A stretch of 64,000 bases of DNA from Pirellulales bacterium (GTDB lineage Bacteria; Planctomycetota; Planctomycetia; Pirellulales; JAICIG01): assembly GCA_040901675.1 (NCBI GenBank), contig JBBDYJ010000032.1, positions 151,807 through 215,806 of the forward strand, read 5' to 3'. The position numbers and the translations under genes are program-made. The first letter of the stretch is position 1. Every line of letters starts with the position of its first letter. Under the pieces are notes generated by a model. The model worked only from the letters and a program-made list of their open reading frames with translations. It was not told the DNA's origin and made no database searches. This document shows positions 23,772 to 34,700 of this stretch, in pieces.

Positions 23772-23860
23772 CGCCGACCGGCGAGGAATCGAACAGGTGA
23801 TACACCAGCTACCGACGGGACGAAGGTTGTCCTGACTCCTCTTTCCTCCTTCCTCCTTCA
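23701..23860. repeat. Purine-rich heptamer repeats (AGGAGGA/AGGCAGA) with a complementary pyrimidine tract
   Basis: ggaggaaggaggaaggcagagggcagagggcaga..., then tcctctttcctccttcctcctt. Confidence 0.7.
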
Positions 23861-23863
23861 GGA

Positions 23864-25222
23864 TTATTCCGGTCGGGCGCGGGGGAGGGGGACGTTGCGC
23901 AGGTCGATTTCCATTTGCCTTTGGGCGCGGATCCGCGGATAGACGAATCGCAGCCGCTTGGGCGTGCTGTTGGCGCTTTCGCCGGTGAAGGTGATCTTCA
24001 TCCGGGCGCCCTGCGGAGTCAGACTGTTGGTCTGGCCCTGCCGGCGAAAGGCCCGGCCTTCGGCGTCGAACAGGTGCACCTCGTTTTCCTGGAACACCAG
24101 TTCCTGAGGTTCCGGCACCACGAGGTCGCGGACGACCAACAGGACGATCTCGCAGCGCTGGGAGGGGCCGCTTTTAAAGCTTTCGATCACCAGCTCCACG
24201 TTGTCCTGAAAGTGGGGCTGCTGCGATTCCAGGTCTTCGACGTCGATTTGGGCCATGTCGCCCACGGCGATCAGATCCCAGCGCAGCTTGAGGGTGTCGA
24301 GCCGGGTCGCCGCGGTCGAGGGCGGGTGCAGGCGCATGCTCAGCGCCAACTGACGGGTGCCGCTGCCGGCGACGTTCCAGCCACCGGAGGCCGGCTGGGC
24401 CGCCGTGAGCCGCGTGCCCGTATCCGTGATCGCCTCGATCAGCTCGGCCTGGGAGCGGTAGGCCACCAGCTTGAAGCGGTCTTCCCAGAGGGCTTGAAGA
24501 TCGAGCTGGAAGGTATGCGTCTGCTGGCTCTCGAGATTTTCATAATCGAGCTCTTCGGTGAACACCCGCCTGGCCGATGTGACCTGGACCCGCAAGGGAC
24601 CGCTGTATGCCGCCGGGTTCTTGCCCGGTTGGCCGGAGACCAGGACCAGCCCCGGTTGGCGCGTGTCGTAGTGCGGGCGCACGCGGTTGCCCGTCTGCCG
24701 GCAGAGGTCGTCGACCACCTTCCAGAAGGCCGCGTTCGAATAGTCCAGCTCGACGGGCTGGTCGCGGAATGAACCATATTGATCGCCGACCAAGAGGCGG
24801 TTGCCTGTCTGGCCGGCAATGGTCTCGAGTGCCGCGGAAGCGGGAGTTCCGGAGGCGTGGATTGTGACCTGGCCGGCCGACCAGAGCTCCTCGACGGCCA
24901 GCCCTCGCAGCAGGTCCTTGGCCCGCAGGCGGACTTCGGCGTCGTCGCTGAGCGCAGCCTGCTGGAGCTGCTCGCGGGTGGCCATCCCCAGCTTGCTCAG
25001 CTCCGCATGGGCGCCGTCGCGCTCGGCGTACGAATCGCTCGCCAGCTTGCTGATCAGGCTGGCAATGCGGACCCGCTCGGCGGCTTCCTGGGCGGCCACC
25101 GGCGCCGCGCCCCACCAGCCAATCGCGGCCAGGGCCAATACCGCACCGCGTACGCGCCGGCTCTCCAAAGGCGTGCAGCGAAGCGGAGCCGAGGCCGGCG
25201 GCCTTCTTGGCGGCTTATCCAT
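23864..25222 (-). CDS. Exported hypothetical protein
   Basis: Signal peptide ending PVAA; short HEAT-like segment; long ORF with coding-like composition. Confidence 0.75.
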   Translation of the reverse strand: MDKPPRRPPASAPLRCTPLESRRVRGAVLALAAIGWWGAAPVAAQEAAERVRIASLISKLASDSYAERDGAHAELSKLGMATREQLQQAALSDDAEVRLRAKDLLRGLAVEELWSAGQVTIHASGTPASAALETIAGQTGNRLLVGDQYGSFRDQPVELDYSNAAFWKVVDDLCRQTGNRVRPHYDTRQPGLVLVSGQPGKNPAAYSGPLRVQVTSARRVFTEELDYENLESQQTHTFQLDLQALWEDRFKLVAYRSQAELIEAITDTGTRLTAAQPASGGWNVAGSGTRQLALSMRLHPPSTAATRLDTLKLRWDLIAVGDMAQIDVEDLESQQPHFQDNVELVIESFKSGPSQRCEIVLLVVRDLVVPEPQELVFQENEVHLFDAEGRAFRRQGQTNSLTPQGARMKITFTGESANSTPKRLRFVYPRIRAQRQMEIDLRNVPLPRARPE

Positions 25223-25459
25223 AACCTATCCCCCACAGGTTCCATCCCGTCGATTGGGGTCGCCAGCCGACACTGCCCGCCGCTTCCTGCGGCGGGGTGG
25301 AAAACCGCTTGCCCGCTTGCTAAAAACAAGGCCCTTGCTTGCTTCCGCTCCGCGGAACTCTGGGTTTTCGGGTGCGGAAGTTACGAAAAGCCGGCAATCG
25401 GGTCAATGCCGGATTGATCAATGGGGTCACTGGGCGAGCTGCGGAGCCGCCAAGCCGAT

Positions 25460-26413
25460 ATGGCCATCGACTGTCTAAGCGTGGGCGTGCTGGTGGCCGA
25501 TCATCTCTGCGCACCGATTCCCCGGCTGCCCAAGGCGGGCGAGCTGATGTTGACCGACCATCTGCTGTTGAACATCGGCGGTTGTGCCTCGAACGCGGCC
25601 ATGGACCTGGCGCGGCTGGGGGTGAAGGTGGGCGTGGTGGGGTGCGTGGGAGAAGACGCCTTTGGCCGTTTCGTCATCGAGACGCTCCAGGCGGAGGGCA
25701 TCGACACCAGCTCGATTCGCCGCGTTGCCGGAGTCGGCACTTCGGGTACGCTGATCATCAACGTCAAGGGAGAAGACCGCCGGTTCATCCACACGGTGGG
25801 AGCCAACGCGCGGTTGTCGATCGCCGATATACCGATCGAGCGGATCGGCGAGGTCAAGGTACTTTACGTGGGCGGCTACCTGCTCCTGCCGGGCCTGGTG
25901 GCGGAAGATCTGACCCGGCTGTTCCGCGAAGCGCGGCGGCAGGGCGTCAAGACGGTACTCGACATCGTCATGCCGGGGCCGGGCGACCACTGGCGGCAAC
26001 TGGAAGGCTTGCTGGGCGAGACGGATGTTTTCCTGCCCAACAACGACGAAGCGGCCGCCTTGACCGGGACGGACGATCCGCGCCAGCAGGCCTTGCGGTT
26101 CCGGGAGGCGGGTGCGGGCACGGTGGTGATCACCTGCGGCGCACAGGGCACGGTGCTGGTTTCCGACTCGTTGCGCCTGCAGGCCGACGTCTATCCGGTG
26201 CCGTATGTCGGCGCGACGGGCGCCGGCGACGCCTTCGACGCCGGCTACATCGCCGGCCTGCTGGCCGGGGGCGATCCCAGGGAGTGTCTGCAGTGGGGCA
26301 GCGCCCTGGGGGCCAGTTGCGTGCGTTCGATCAGCGCCACCGAGAGCATCTTCGACCGCGCCGAGGCCGAGGCCTTCATCCGCCAGCACCCACTCAAAAT
26401 CGTTTCTTGGTGA
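25460..26413 (+). CDS. PfkB family carbohydrate kinase
   Basis: GGCASNAA, VGCVGEDAFG, PNNDEA, TGAGDAFDAG. Confidence 0.9.
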   Translation: MAIDCLSVGVLVADHLCAPIPRLPKAGELMLTDHLLLNIGGCASNAAMDLARLGVKVGVVGCVGEDAFGRFVIETLQAEGIDTSSIRRVAGVGTSGTLIINVKGEDRRFIHTVGANARLSIADIPIERIGEVKVLYVGGYLLLPGLVAEDLTRLFREARRQGVKTVLDIVMPGPGDHWRQLEGLLGETDVFLPNNDEAAALTGTDDPRQQALRFREAGAGTVVITCGAQGTVLVSDSLRLQADVYPVPYVGATGAGDAFDAGYIAGLLAGGDPRECLQWGSALGASCVRSISATESIFDRAEAEAFIRQHPLKIVSW

Positions 26414-26418
26414 TGACT

Positions 26419-26760
26419 ATGCCCACCCTTGAATCCGTGAAGCAGAGCATCGTGAGCGAGTGCGAGGAAGATCACGTCGGTCTTTGGTCCGTAATCCGGG
26501 ATGTTGAGGAGTCTTTCCCGAAGGAAGCCGAAGCCGTCATCCGGGCGCGAGTCCTGACCCTGCTCGATGAACTGCTGCGTGCCCAGGAGATCCAAGCTGG
26601 TTTCCCGGCTCCTAATGGCCGGGAGTTTCGCCCCCTGACAATCGCTGCAGATGAGGTTCTCGCCCGGATTGAGGCAGCATGGCCCGTAGGTCGTCGCCCG
26701 ACCATTGGTGAAGGGCCTTGGTTTACGAAGTCGAAAAAAGAAACGCCGAAAGAGGGTTGA
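26419..26760 (+). CDS. Small hypothetical protein, lower GC
   Basis: ATG next to the kinase stop; protein-like 113 aa. Confidence 0.6.
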   Translation: MPTLESVKQSIVSECEEDHVGLWSVIRDVEESFPKEAEAVIRARVLTLLDELLRAQEIQAGFPAPNGREFRPLTIAADEVLARIEAAWPVGRRPTIGEGPWFTKSKKETPKEG

Positions 26761-26919
26761 GCTTCTACTCTGTGCCTGCGTGAGTGGGCCGCCGGGTTGC
26801 CATGCCTTCCTCCTCCCCCGCGAACTTCCGGCCCCTTGGCCGTGTCGATCAGGCAAGACTATACTGCCGGGGTCCAACGCTTTGGCCCGCCCCAAGAGTG
26901 CAAGCGTGAAAAACTCGCC

Positions 26920-27927
26920 ATGACCCGCGTTGCCATCCTGGGAGCCACCGGCTACTCGGCCCTCGAGCTGATCAAGATTCTGCTGCGGCACCCCGAGGCC
27001 GAGATCACCGCCGTCACCAGCCGGCAGGAAGGCAATCCGCACCTGGCCAGCGTCCACCCGTCGCTGGCGGGCCGCCTCGATCTGCACCTGGAGGACCTGG
27101 CTCCCCCGGCGGTGGCCGCCCGGGCCCAGTGCGTCTTCAGTTGCCTGCCCCATGGCGTGACCTCCTCGCTGGTGCCGGAATTGCTGGCCGGCGACTGCCG
27201 CGTGGTCGATTTCAGCGCCGACTACCGGCTCAAGAGCGCCGACGTGTACGCCCAGTGGTACGGCCAGAAGCACGGCGATCCGGAGCGGTTGGGCATGGCC
27301 GCGTATGGGCTGCCCGAGCTGTTCCGCGAACAGATCGTCGAGGCCCAGCTCGTAGCCAATCCGGGTTGTTATCCCACGTCGGCCATCCTGCCGCTGGCGC
27401 CGCTGTTGAAGCGGGGGCTGGTCGAGCCGGAGGGGATTATCATCGACTCGAAGAGCGGCGTCTCCGGCGCCGGGCGGACGCCCAAGCTCACCACCCATTA
27501 TCCCGAGTGCAACGAAAGCGTGTCGGCCTATAACGTGGGCCGCCACCGGCACACGCCGGAGATCGAGCAGGTGCTGAGCACGGCCAGCGGCATGGACGTG
27601 GCGGTGATCTTCACGCCGCACCTGGTACCGATGGACCGGGGCATCCTGACGACCGCCTATTCGCGGCCTGCTTCGGCGGTGAGCGAGGAGCAGGTGCTCG
27701 ATACGTTGCGGGAGTTCTACGCCGACGAGCCGTTCGTGCGGATCGTGGACCATTTGCCGGGGACCAAGGACACCAGCGGCAACAACTTTTGCGACATCAC
27801 GGCCCGCGTGGTGCGCGACCGGGTGATCACGATCAGTTGCCTCGACAACCTGGTCAAGGGGGCGGCCGGGGCGGCCGTGCAGAACTTCAACCTCATGTAC
27901 GGTTACGCCGAAACCACTGCGCTATAA
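26920..27927 (+). CDS. argC: N-acetyl-gamma-glutamyl-phosphate reductase
   Basis: [29 protein letters not shown]. Confidence 0.96.
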   Translation: MTRVAILGATGYSALELIKILLRHPEAEITAVTSRQEGNPHLASVHPSLAGRLDLHLEDLAPPAVAARAQCVFSCLPHGVTSSLVPELLAGDCRVVDFSADYRLKSADVYAQWYGQKHGDPERLGMAAYGLPELFREQIVEAQLVANPGCYPTSAILPLAPLLKRGLVEPEGIIIDSKSGVSGAGRTPKLTTHYPECNESVSAYNVGRHRHTPEIEQVLSTASGMDVAVIFTPHLVPMDRGILTTAYSRPASAVSEEQVLDTLREFYADEPFVRIVDHLPGTKDTSGNNFCDITARVVRDRVITISCLDNLVKGAAGAAVQNFNLMYGYAETTAL

Positions 27928-27983
27928 GACCGGCGCCCACGGCCGGCGGCCCATCCCACCTCAAATCCCGGAAACCCTTTGCG

Positions 27984-29177
27984 ATGGCGATCCTGGTTCC
28001 CCAAGGCTTTCGTCTGGCCGGCGTCCACGCGGGCATCAAGCGAAACCCTCAGAAACACGACATGGCGCTGGTGGTTTCGGACGTGCCGTCCGTGGCGGCG
28101 GGTTTGTACACGCAGAACCTGGTGTTCGCGGCCCCGGTCGGATTGAACCGCGGCCGGACTCCCGGCGAGGCGATTCGCTGCGTGGTGATCAACTCGGGCA
28201 ACGCCAATGCCTGCACCGGCCCGCGTGGCGAGCGCGACGCGGCCCGCATGGCCGAGCTGGCCGCCCGGGCCTGCGGAGCCCAGCCGCACCAGGCGCTGGT
28301 CCTCTCGACCGGCGTGATCGGCGAGTTCCTGCCGATGGAAAAGATCGAGCGGGGCATCCAGGCGGCCGCCGGCCAACTGGGCCGAGACGAGCAGTCGCTG
28401 GTTGGGGCGGCCCGCGGCATGATGACGACCGACACGCGGCATAAGCTGGCGGGGCGATCCTTCCGCCTGGCTGGCAGGCAGGTGGAGGTCACCGGAATGG
28501 CCAAGGGGGCGGCGATGATCGGCCCGCGGATGGCCACCATGCTGGGACTGCTGTTGACCGACGCGGCCCTGGAACCGGCGGTGGCGCAGGAGGCCCTGGT
28601 CCGCGCGGTGGACGAGAGCTTCAACTGCATCAGCGTCGACGGGCACATGAGCACCAACGACACAGTGCTGTTGTTGGCCAATGGCGCCGCGGGCACGTCG
28701 CCGCTGGCCGGCGCGGAGCTGGCCACGTTTCAGGGGATGCTGGCCGACGCCTGCCGCGAGCTGGCAAAGGCGATCCCGGCCGACGGGGAGGGCGCCACGC
28801 ACCTGGTGACCATCGACGTGACCGGCTGTGCCACGCGGGCGGCCGCCCACCGGATTGCCAAGTCGGTGGCCGAAAGCCCGCTGGTCAAGACGGCCATCGC
28901 CGGGGGCGACCCCAACTGGGGCCGGATCGTCTCGGCAGCCGGTTATGCGGGGGTGCCGTTCGACCCGGCTGGGGTGCGGCTCGAAATCAACGGCGTTGTG
29001 TTGTATCAGGACGGCTCGCCGGCCGCGTTCGACGCGGCGGCGGTCTCTCAATCGATCAAGGGCAATCGCGACACCAGCATCGTGCTGAGGTTTGGCGAAG
29101 GGGACGGCAGCGTGCGTTTCTGGACCACCGATCTGACGGCCGACTACGTCCGGCTCAACGCGGACTACCGCACGTGA
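27984..29177 (+). CDS. argJ: Ornithine acetyltransferase
   Basis: NSGNANACTG, STGVIG, KGAAMIGPRMATML, STND, DGEGAT, NWGRI. Confidence 0.96.
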   Translation: MAILVPQGFRLAGVHAGIKRNPQKHDMALVVSDVPSVAAGLYTQNLVFAAPVGLNRGRTPGEAIRCVVINSGNANACTGPRGERDAARMAELAARACGAQPHQALVLSTGVIGEFLPMEKIERGIQAAAGQLGRDEQSLVGAARGMMTTDTRHKLAGRSFRLAGRQVEVTGMAKGAAMIGPRMATMLGLLLTDAALEPAVAQEALVRAVDESFNCISVDGHMSTNDTVLLLANGAAGTSPLAGAELATFQGMLADACRELAKAIPADGEGATHLVTIDVTGCATRAAAHRIAKSVAESPLVKTAIAGGDPNWGRIVSAAGYAGVPFDPAGVRLEINGVVLYQDGSPAAFDAAAVSQSIKGNRDTSIVLRFGEGDGSVRFWTTDLTADYVRLNADYRT

Positions 29178-29374
29178 GCCGTAAAGCACTGGAGCCTGGG
29201 AATGGGCGGCTGGCGGCAGACTCCCGGCGCGGGGATGCTTCCGTTCTCGTCGCCATCCGCCAGCCGTTTGACAATCGCCTCCGATGACCTAGGTTTGAGT
29301 TGCCGGCGGCAACCTATTTCATTGGCAATTCTATCTTTCGCCGGCCCAATCAAGGCTTTCTCACCCCCGTGTTT

Positions 29375-29415
29375 GGGCGGGGCCCTCCTATTCGAGGGCC
29401 CTGCCCGTTTTTATT
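29375..29415 (+). terminator. Intrinsic terminator
   Basis: 13-bp stem gggcggggccctc/gagggccctgccc followed by gtttttatt. Confidence 0.8.
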
Positions 29416-29610
29416 GGCCGCGCACCCCGCCAGACCACTCGCGGAGCGAGTGGACCACCCTGACGCCCCCCGCGCCCAGGGCTGCTTGACAAAACAGGCC
29501 GGGTTGAATAACAACTACGTGCTTTGGGGGTGCAGGACTTCCAGAAGGCCTTCGGGCGGCTGCGGTTCGGGCGTTCCGACCAGGCCTCCCCGCCAGTTTC
29601 AGGTTTTGCC

Positions 29611-29949
29611 ATGTCACTGCCGCTGAATTCACCCTGGGCGCCGCCGGGCGATCATGAGCCGCTTTGGCATTTCGAATGTGGTTTCGTGCCGGAGGATCCC
29701 GCCGCCTTGCCTCCCTTGCAAGCGCCGGGCGGAGACGCCGGCTCCATGCCGCTGGCTGCCACCGACGATGAGGAAGAAGAGTTCGACGACGACGATTTCG
29801 ACGACGATTTCGACGACGACTTCGAAGACGAACTGGACGAGGAGCTCAACGACGACGTGGGCGAGTTCGACGAAGTGGTCGAGGGCGACGGACTGGAAAA
29901 CGTCGAACCCGATGACGACGATGAGTTCGAAGAAGGCGACGAGTTCTGA
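29611..29949 (+). CDS. Small highly acidic protein
   Basis: Asp/Glu-rich tail including a 12-bp gacgacgatttc repeat; start uncertain. Confidence 0.6.
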   Translation: MSLPLNSPWAPPGDHEPLWHFECGFVPEDPAALPPLQAPGGDAGSMPLAATDDEEEEFDDDDFDDDFDDDFEDELDEELNDDVGEFDEVVEGDGLENVEPDDDDEFEEGDEF

Positions 29950-29977
29950 ATCGAAAGCAAAGCAAAGGAACCATCCC

Positions 29978-30412
29978 ATGGCGGCGGCCGACGACCCCTC
30001 AGCACCCGGCCCGCAGGGCGGCGGCCAGGCGGCGGCGCGACTCTTCTCCGAGCAAAGCCAGCTCGACTTCGACATCGCCTTTTACGACCAGGTGCTGGCC
30101 CGCCAACCCGATTACGTCGACGTGCTCCGCTGCCAGGCCGAGCTGCTGACCCGCAAAGGACTGCACGAGCGGGCCGTGGTGCTCGATCGGCGGCTGGCGG
30201 CCTTGCTCAGCGACGACTGCCGCGTCCGCTACAACCTGGCCTGCAGCCTGGCGATGGTCGGTGCCCGCGACGAGGCGATCGCCGCGCTGCGCGCGGCGTT
30301 CGAGTTGGGCTATCGCGATTTCGAGCACCTGGAAGCGGATCCCGACCTGGAAGGTCTGCGGCACTCGCCCGCCTTTCGGGCCCTGGTCAGAGAGTACAAA
30401 AAACGCGGTTGA
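29978..30412 (+). CDS. TPR-like protein
   Basis: YNLACSLA...A..LGY.DFEHLEADPDLEGLR. Confidence 0.8.
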   Translation: MAAADDPSAPGPQGGGQAAARLFSEQSQLDFDIAFYDQVLARQPDYVDVLRCQAELLTRKGLHERAVVLDRRLAALLSDDCRVRYNLACSLAMVGARDEAIAALRAAFELGYRDFEHLEADPDLEGLRHSPAFRALVREYKKRG

Positions 30413-30433
30413 GAGCGGCGGAAGCGAGGGACC

Positions 30434-31267
30434 ATGCTCGAACTTGCCGCACGGGTAGCCGAGGCCGCCGAGGCCGTGCGGCGGCAGTCGCCAGCGCCGG
30501 TCCGGGTGGGGATCATCCTGGGCACCGGGCTGGGCAGCCTGGCCCAGCAGATCGACCGCCAGGCCACGCTGGACTACGCGGCGATCCCTCATTTCCCGCG
30601 GTCGACTTCGATCGGGCACACCGGCCAGCTTGTGTGCGGCCGGCTGGAAGGCGCCAGCGTGGTCGCCATGGAGGGCCGCTTCCACGCCTACGAGGGCTAC
30701 ACGCACCAGCAGATCACGTTTCCCGTGCGGGTGATGAAGGCTCTGGGGGCCGAGCTGTTGATCGTGTCCAACGCCTGCGGCGGCATGAACCCGAACTACG
30801 CCTGCGGCGACATCGTCGTCATCGACGACCACATCAACCTGATGGGCGACAACCCCTTGATCGGCGTGAACGACGACCGGCTGGGGCCGCGGTTTCCCGA
30901 CATGTGCCGCCCGTACGATCCGGTCCTGGTCGAGCGGGCCCTCGAGATTGCGCGGCGGGAGAACTTTGCCGCTCACCGCGGGGTGTACGTGGCGGTCACC
31001 GGCCCCAATCTGGAAACGCGGGCCGAGTATCGCTTTCTGCGGCTGATCGGGGCCGACGTGGTCGGCATGTCGACGGTTCCCGAGGTGATCGTGGCGGTGC
31101 ACGCCGGCATGCGCGTGCTGGGGTTGTCGATCGTGACGGACATCTGCCTGCCTGACGCCTTGCAGCCGGCCGACATCGGAGCGATTCTGGCCCACGCCGC
31201 CGCCGCCGAGCCGCGGCTGCGTTCGATCGTGCTGGGAATCCTGGCGGCGGATCGAACGGCTAGCTAG
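30434..31267 (+). CDS. punA: Purine-nucleoside phosphorylase
   Basis: GIILGTGLG, GRFHAYEG, SNACGG, GPNLETRAE, VGMSTVPE. Confidence 0.92.
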   Translation: MLELAARVAEAAEAVRRQSPAPVRVGIILGTGLGSLAQQIDRQATLDYAAIPHFPRSTSIGHTGQLVCGRLEGASVVAMEGRFHAYEGYTHQQITFPVRVMKALGAELLIVSNACGGMNPNYACGDIVVIDDHINLMGDNPLIGVNDDRLGPRFPDMCRPYDPVLVERALEIARRENFAAHRGVYVAVTGPNLETRAEYRFLRLIGADVVGMSTVPEVIVAVHAGMRVLGLSIVTDICLPDALQPADIGAILAHAAAAEPRLRSIVLGILAADRTAS

Positions 31268-31290
31268 GCTAGGAGGAGGGAGCGCCACGA

Positions 31291-31635
31291 ATGATTTATG
31301 CTTACCGGACAGCCGACGAAGAGACCGCCCTTCGGGTGAACACTTATCGGGCGTATACCACTGCGGCATCCACATGGGTCTCTCTGTTGGTGCCTCGCAG
31401 CTCCCAGTCGAACGGGGCCGAGGAGGCAGGCGGTAGTTGCGATCCCGCCGGCCACACTAGCGATCCCCTCTCCGCCATGGAGTTGCGAGCCAAATGGATG
31501 CGGGAGTTGGGGGTTTCGGAAGAAGAAATCGCGGAATACTGCCAAGCTGACACGTACCCGGCCAAGTACGAGGAAGAATCAGCGGATTTGCAAGCGTTGA
31601 AAAGGATCCGCGAGCGTCGCCACAACGCGGTGTGA
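31291..31635 (+). CDS. Hypothetical protein
   Basis: AGGAGG upstream; lower GC; no recognisable motif. Confidence 0.5.
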   Translation: MIYAYRTADEETALRVNTYRAYTTAASTWVSLLVPRSSQSNGAEEAGGSCDPAGHTSDPLSAMELRAKWMRELGVSEEEIAEYCQADTYPAKYEEESADLQALKRIRERRHNAV

Positions 31636-31783
31636 ACCCGGAGTGCTTTGAGTGTGCCGCCGCTCTTCCCAGGCCGGATTGAATCCGCTCCGTCCGGCTG
31701 GCGCTTGCGATTGAAAAAAAGGGCTGCTGCTGGTCTACTTGCGGTTTGCTCTTTGCTCGAATCAGCCCGGCCAAAGCGTGCCC

Positions 31784-34700
31784 ATGTTTCGCCCCGTCGA
31801 AGCCAATCCTCACTTTCCCACGCTCGAAATCGAGATCATCCAGTTCTGGCGCGAGGCGGGAATCTACGAGAAATCGCTGGACCGGCGGGCCGGGGGGCCG
31901 CCGTTTGTCTTCTACGAAGGCCCCCCCACGGCCAACGGCATGCCCCACCCGGGCCACTGCCTGACCCGCGCCATCAAGGACTTGTTCCCGCGCTACCGCA
32001 CGATGCGGGGCTACCGCTGCGACCGCAAGGCCGGCTGGGACACGCACGGCCTGCCGGTCGAGGTCGAGGTCTCCAAGGAGCTGGGCATCCACGCCAAGGA
32101 GGAGATCGAACAGTACGGCGTCGAACCGTTCATCCACCGCTGCGAACAAAGCGTGTGGCGCTACATGCGCGAGTGGGAGCGGCTGACGGAGCGGATCGGC
32201 TTCTGGATCAAGCTCGACGAGGCCTACGTCACTTACCACCAGAGCTACATCGAGAGCGTCTGGTGGTCGCTCAAGAACCTGTTCGACCGCGGCCTGTTGT
32301 ACCAGGGGCACAAGATCGTCTGGTGGTGGGCCCAGGGCGGAACGGCCTTGAGCTCCGGCGAAGTGGGCCAGGGCTACCGCGAGGTGGCCGACCCCAGCGT
32401 GTACGTGCGGTTCCCGCTGGTGGATGAGCCCGACACCGCCCTGCTGGTGTGGACCACCACCCCCTGGACGCTGCCCAACAACCAATTTGCGGCCGTGCAC
32501 CCGGACATCGAGTACTCGACGGTCACCGACGCCGAGGACGGCAAGAAGCTGATCATCGCTTCGGCCCTGGTCGACTCGATCGCTGCCAAGACCGGCCGGC
32601 AACTGAAGGTCGAGGCGTCGTACCCCGGCGCCAAGCTCGTGGGCCGGCGATACGTGCCGCCCTTCGACTACTACTATCGCAAGGGAGGCGATGCCGAGGG
32701 GCGGCTGGTTGCCGGAGGCAGGCAAGCGGTGGCCTGGCGGGTGATGGCGGCCGATTTTGTCTCGATCGAAAGCGGCACCGGCGTGGTGCACCAGGCGCCG
32801 GCCTTCGGCGAGGTCGATTACGACCTGCTGGCCGCTGAGGCCGCCCGCTTCGTGCCCGGCGAGGGGCCGCAGTTGATCTGCGCCGTCGGCCCCGACGGGA
32901 AGTTCACCGACGAAGCGCCCGACTACGCGGGCCGCTGGGTCAAGGACGCCGACAAGGACATCAATCGCGAGCTGCGCCGCCGCGGCCTCTTGTATCACCT
33001 GGAACAGTACCTGCACGAATACCCGTTCTGCTGGCGGGCCGAAGAAGACCCCTTGATCCAGTATCCGCGGCAGAGCTGGTTCATCCGCACCACGCGGTTC
33101 AAGGACGAGATGCTGGCCAACAACTCCCGCATCAACTGGCTGCCGGAGCACATCAAGGAGGGCCGCTTCGGCAACTTTTTGGAGAGCAACGTCGATTGGG
33201 CCTTGTCGCGCGAGCGGTACTGGGGCACGCCGCTGCCGATCTGGGTCTGCGAGCAGACGGGCCACATGGAGGCGGTGGCCGATTACGCTGAGCTGCTGGC
33301 CAAGCCAGACGTGCGCGGCACCGAAGTGTGGGAGGCGGCCAAGCGGGCGAATCCGGGCCTCTCCGAGCATCTCAAGGTACACAAGCCGTACATCGACGCC
33401 GTGACCTATGCCTCGCCCAAGGCGCCGGGCAAGCGGATGCGGCGGGTCAGCGAGGTGATCGATTGCTGGTACGACTCGGGGGCCATGCCGTTTGCCCAAT
33501 GGGGTTATCCCAACGCGGGCGTGGAGAGGTTCGAGCAGCAGTTTCCGGCCGACTTTATCAGCGAGGCCCTCGACCAGACGCGCGGCTGGTTCTACAGCCA
33601 GTTGGCCATCAGTACGCTGTTGTTCGGCCAGGCCGACGACGCTGGAATCGTGGAGGCCAAGGAGTACCCGCACCCGTTCCGCAACTGCGTGGTGCTCGGT
33701 TTGATGCTGGCCGAAGACGGTCAGAAGATCTCCAAGCAAAAGCGGAACTACCGCGAGCCGGCGGAAATCTTCGATCGCTACGGGGCCGACGCGCTGCGCT
33801 GGTACTTCTTCGCCAACCAGCCGCCCTGGACCTCGATCCGCTACAGGGAACAGGCGATCAAGGACAGCATCCCCGAATTCCTGCTGCGGCTGTGGAACGT
33901 CTACAGCTTCTTTGTGATCTATGCCAACATCGACGGCTTCGATCCGCTCGGCTCGCTGCCCGGGCCGCTTGGCGAGCTCGATGCGGAGGTGCTCCGGGCA
34001 GGCCAGGGCTATCGGCCGGTCGCCGAGCGCGGCGAGCTCGATCGCTGGATCACCAGCGAGCTGCACCGCACCGCGGCCGCCGTGACCGAGCGGATGGACG
34101 CTTACGACAACTTCGCCGCCTGTGCCCGGATCACCGCCTTCGTCGACGCCCTTTCCAACTGGTATGTGCGCCGCAGCCGCGAACGCTTCTGGGCCGGTGA
34201 ATCATCGGCCGGCAAGCTGGATGCCTACTGGACGCTGTACGAGTGCCTCTTGGCCACGGCCAAATTGGTGGCCCCCTTCGTCCCTTTTCTGGCCGAGGCC
34301 CTCTGGCAGAATCTCGCCGTGGCGGCCAGCGCCGGCCGGACGTCCGAAAGCGTACACCTCTGCGATTATCCCGCGGGAAATCCGGACGCCATCGACGAGC
34401 GCCTCTCGGAACGGATGGAAACCATCAGGCAGATCGCTTCTTTGGGCCGCAGCGCCCGCATGGCGGCCAAGCTCAAGGTCCGCCAGCCGCTGTCGAAGGT
34501 CGAGGTCATCCTGGCCGACGCCACCCATCAGCAGTGGTTGGAGGAGCATGCCGCTCTGATCCGCGAGGAGCTGAACGTCAAGCAGGTCGAGTTTGCCGCG
34601 CGGGCCGAGCAGTACATCAGCTACACGGTGCTCCCCGACCTCAAGCGGCTGGGGCCTCGACTGGGCAAGCGGCTGCCGGCCTTGCGGCAAGCGCTCGCCT

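Noticed and set aside
31636..31783. T-box leader for ileS
   Set aside because: Too short and no T-box consensus visible
31457..34066. 869-aa minus-strand ORF
   Set aside because: Antisense shadow of ileS
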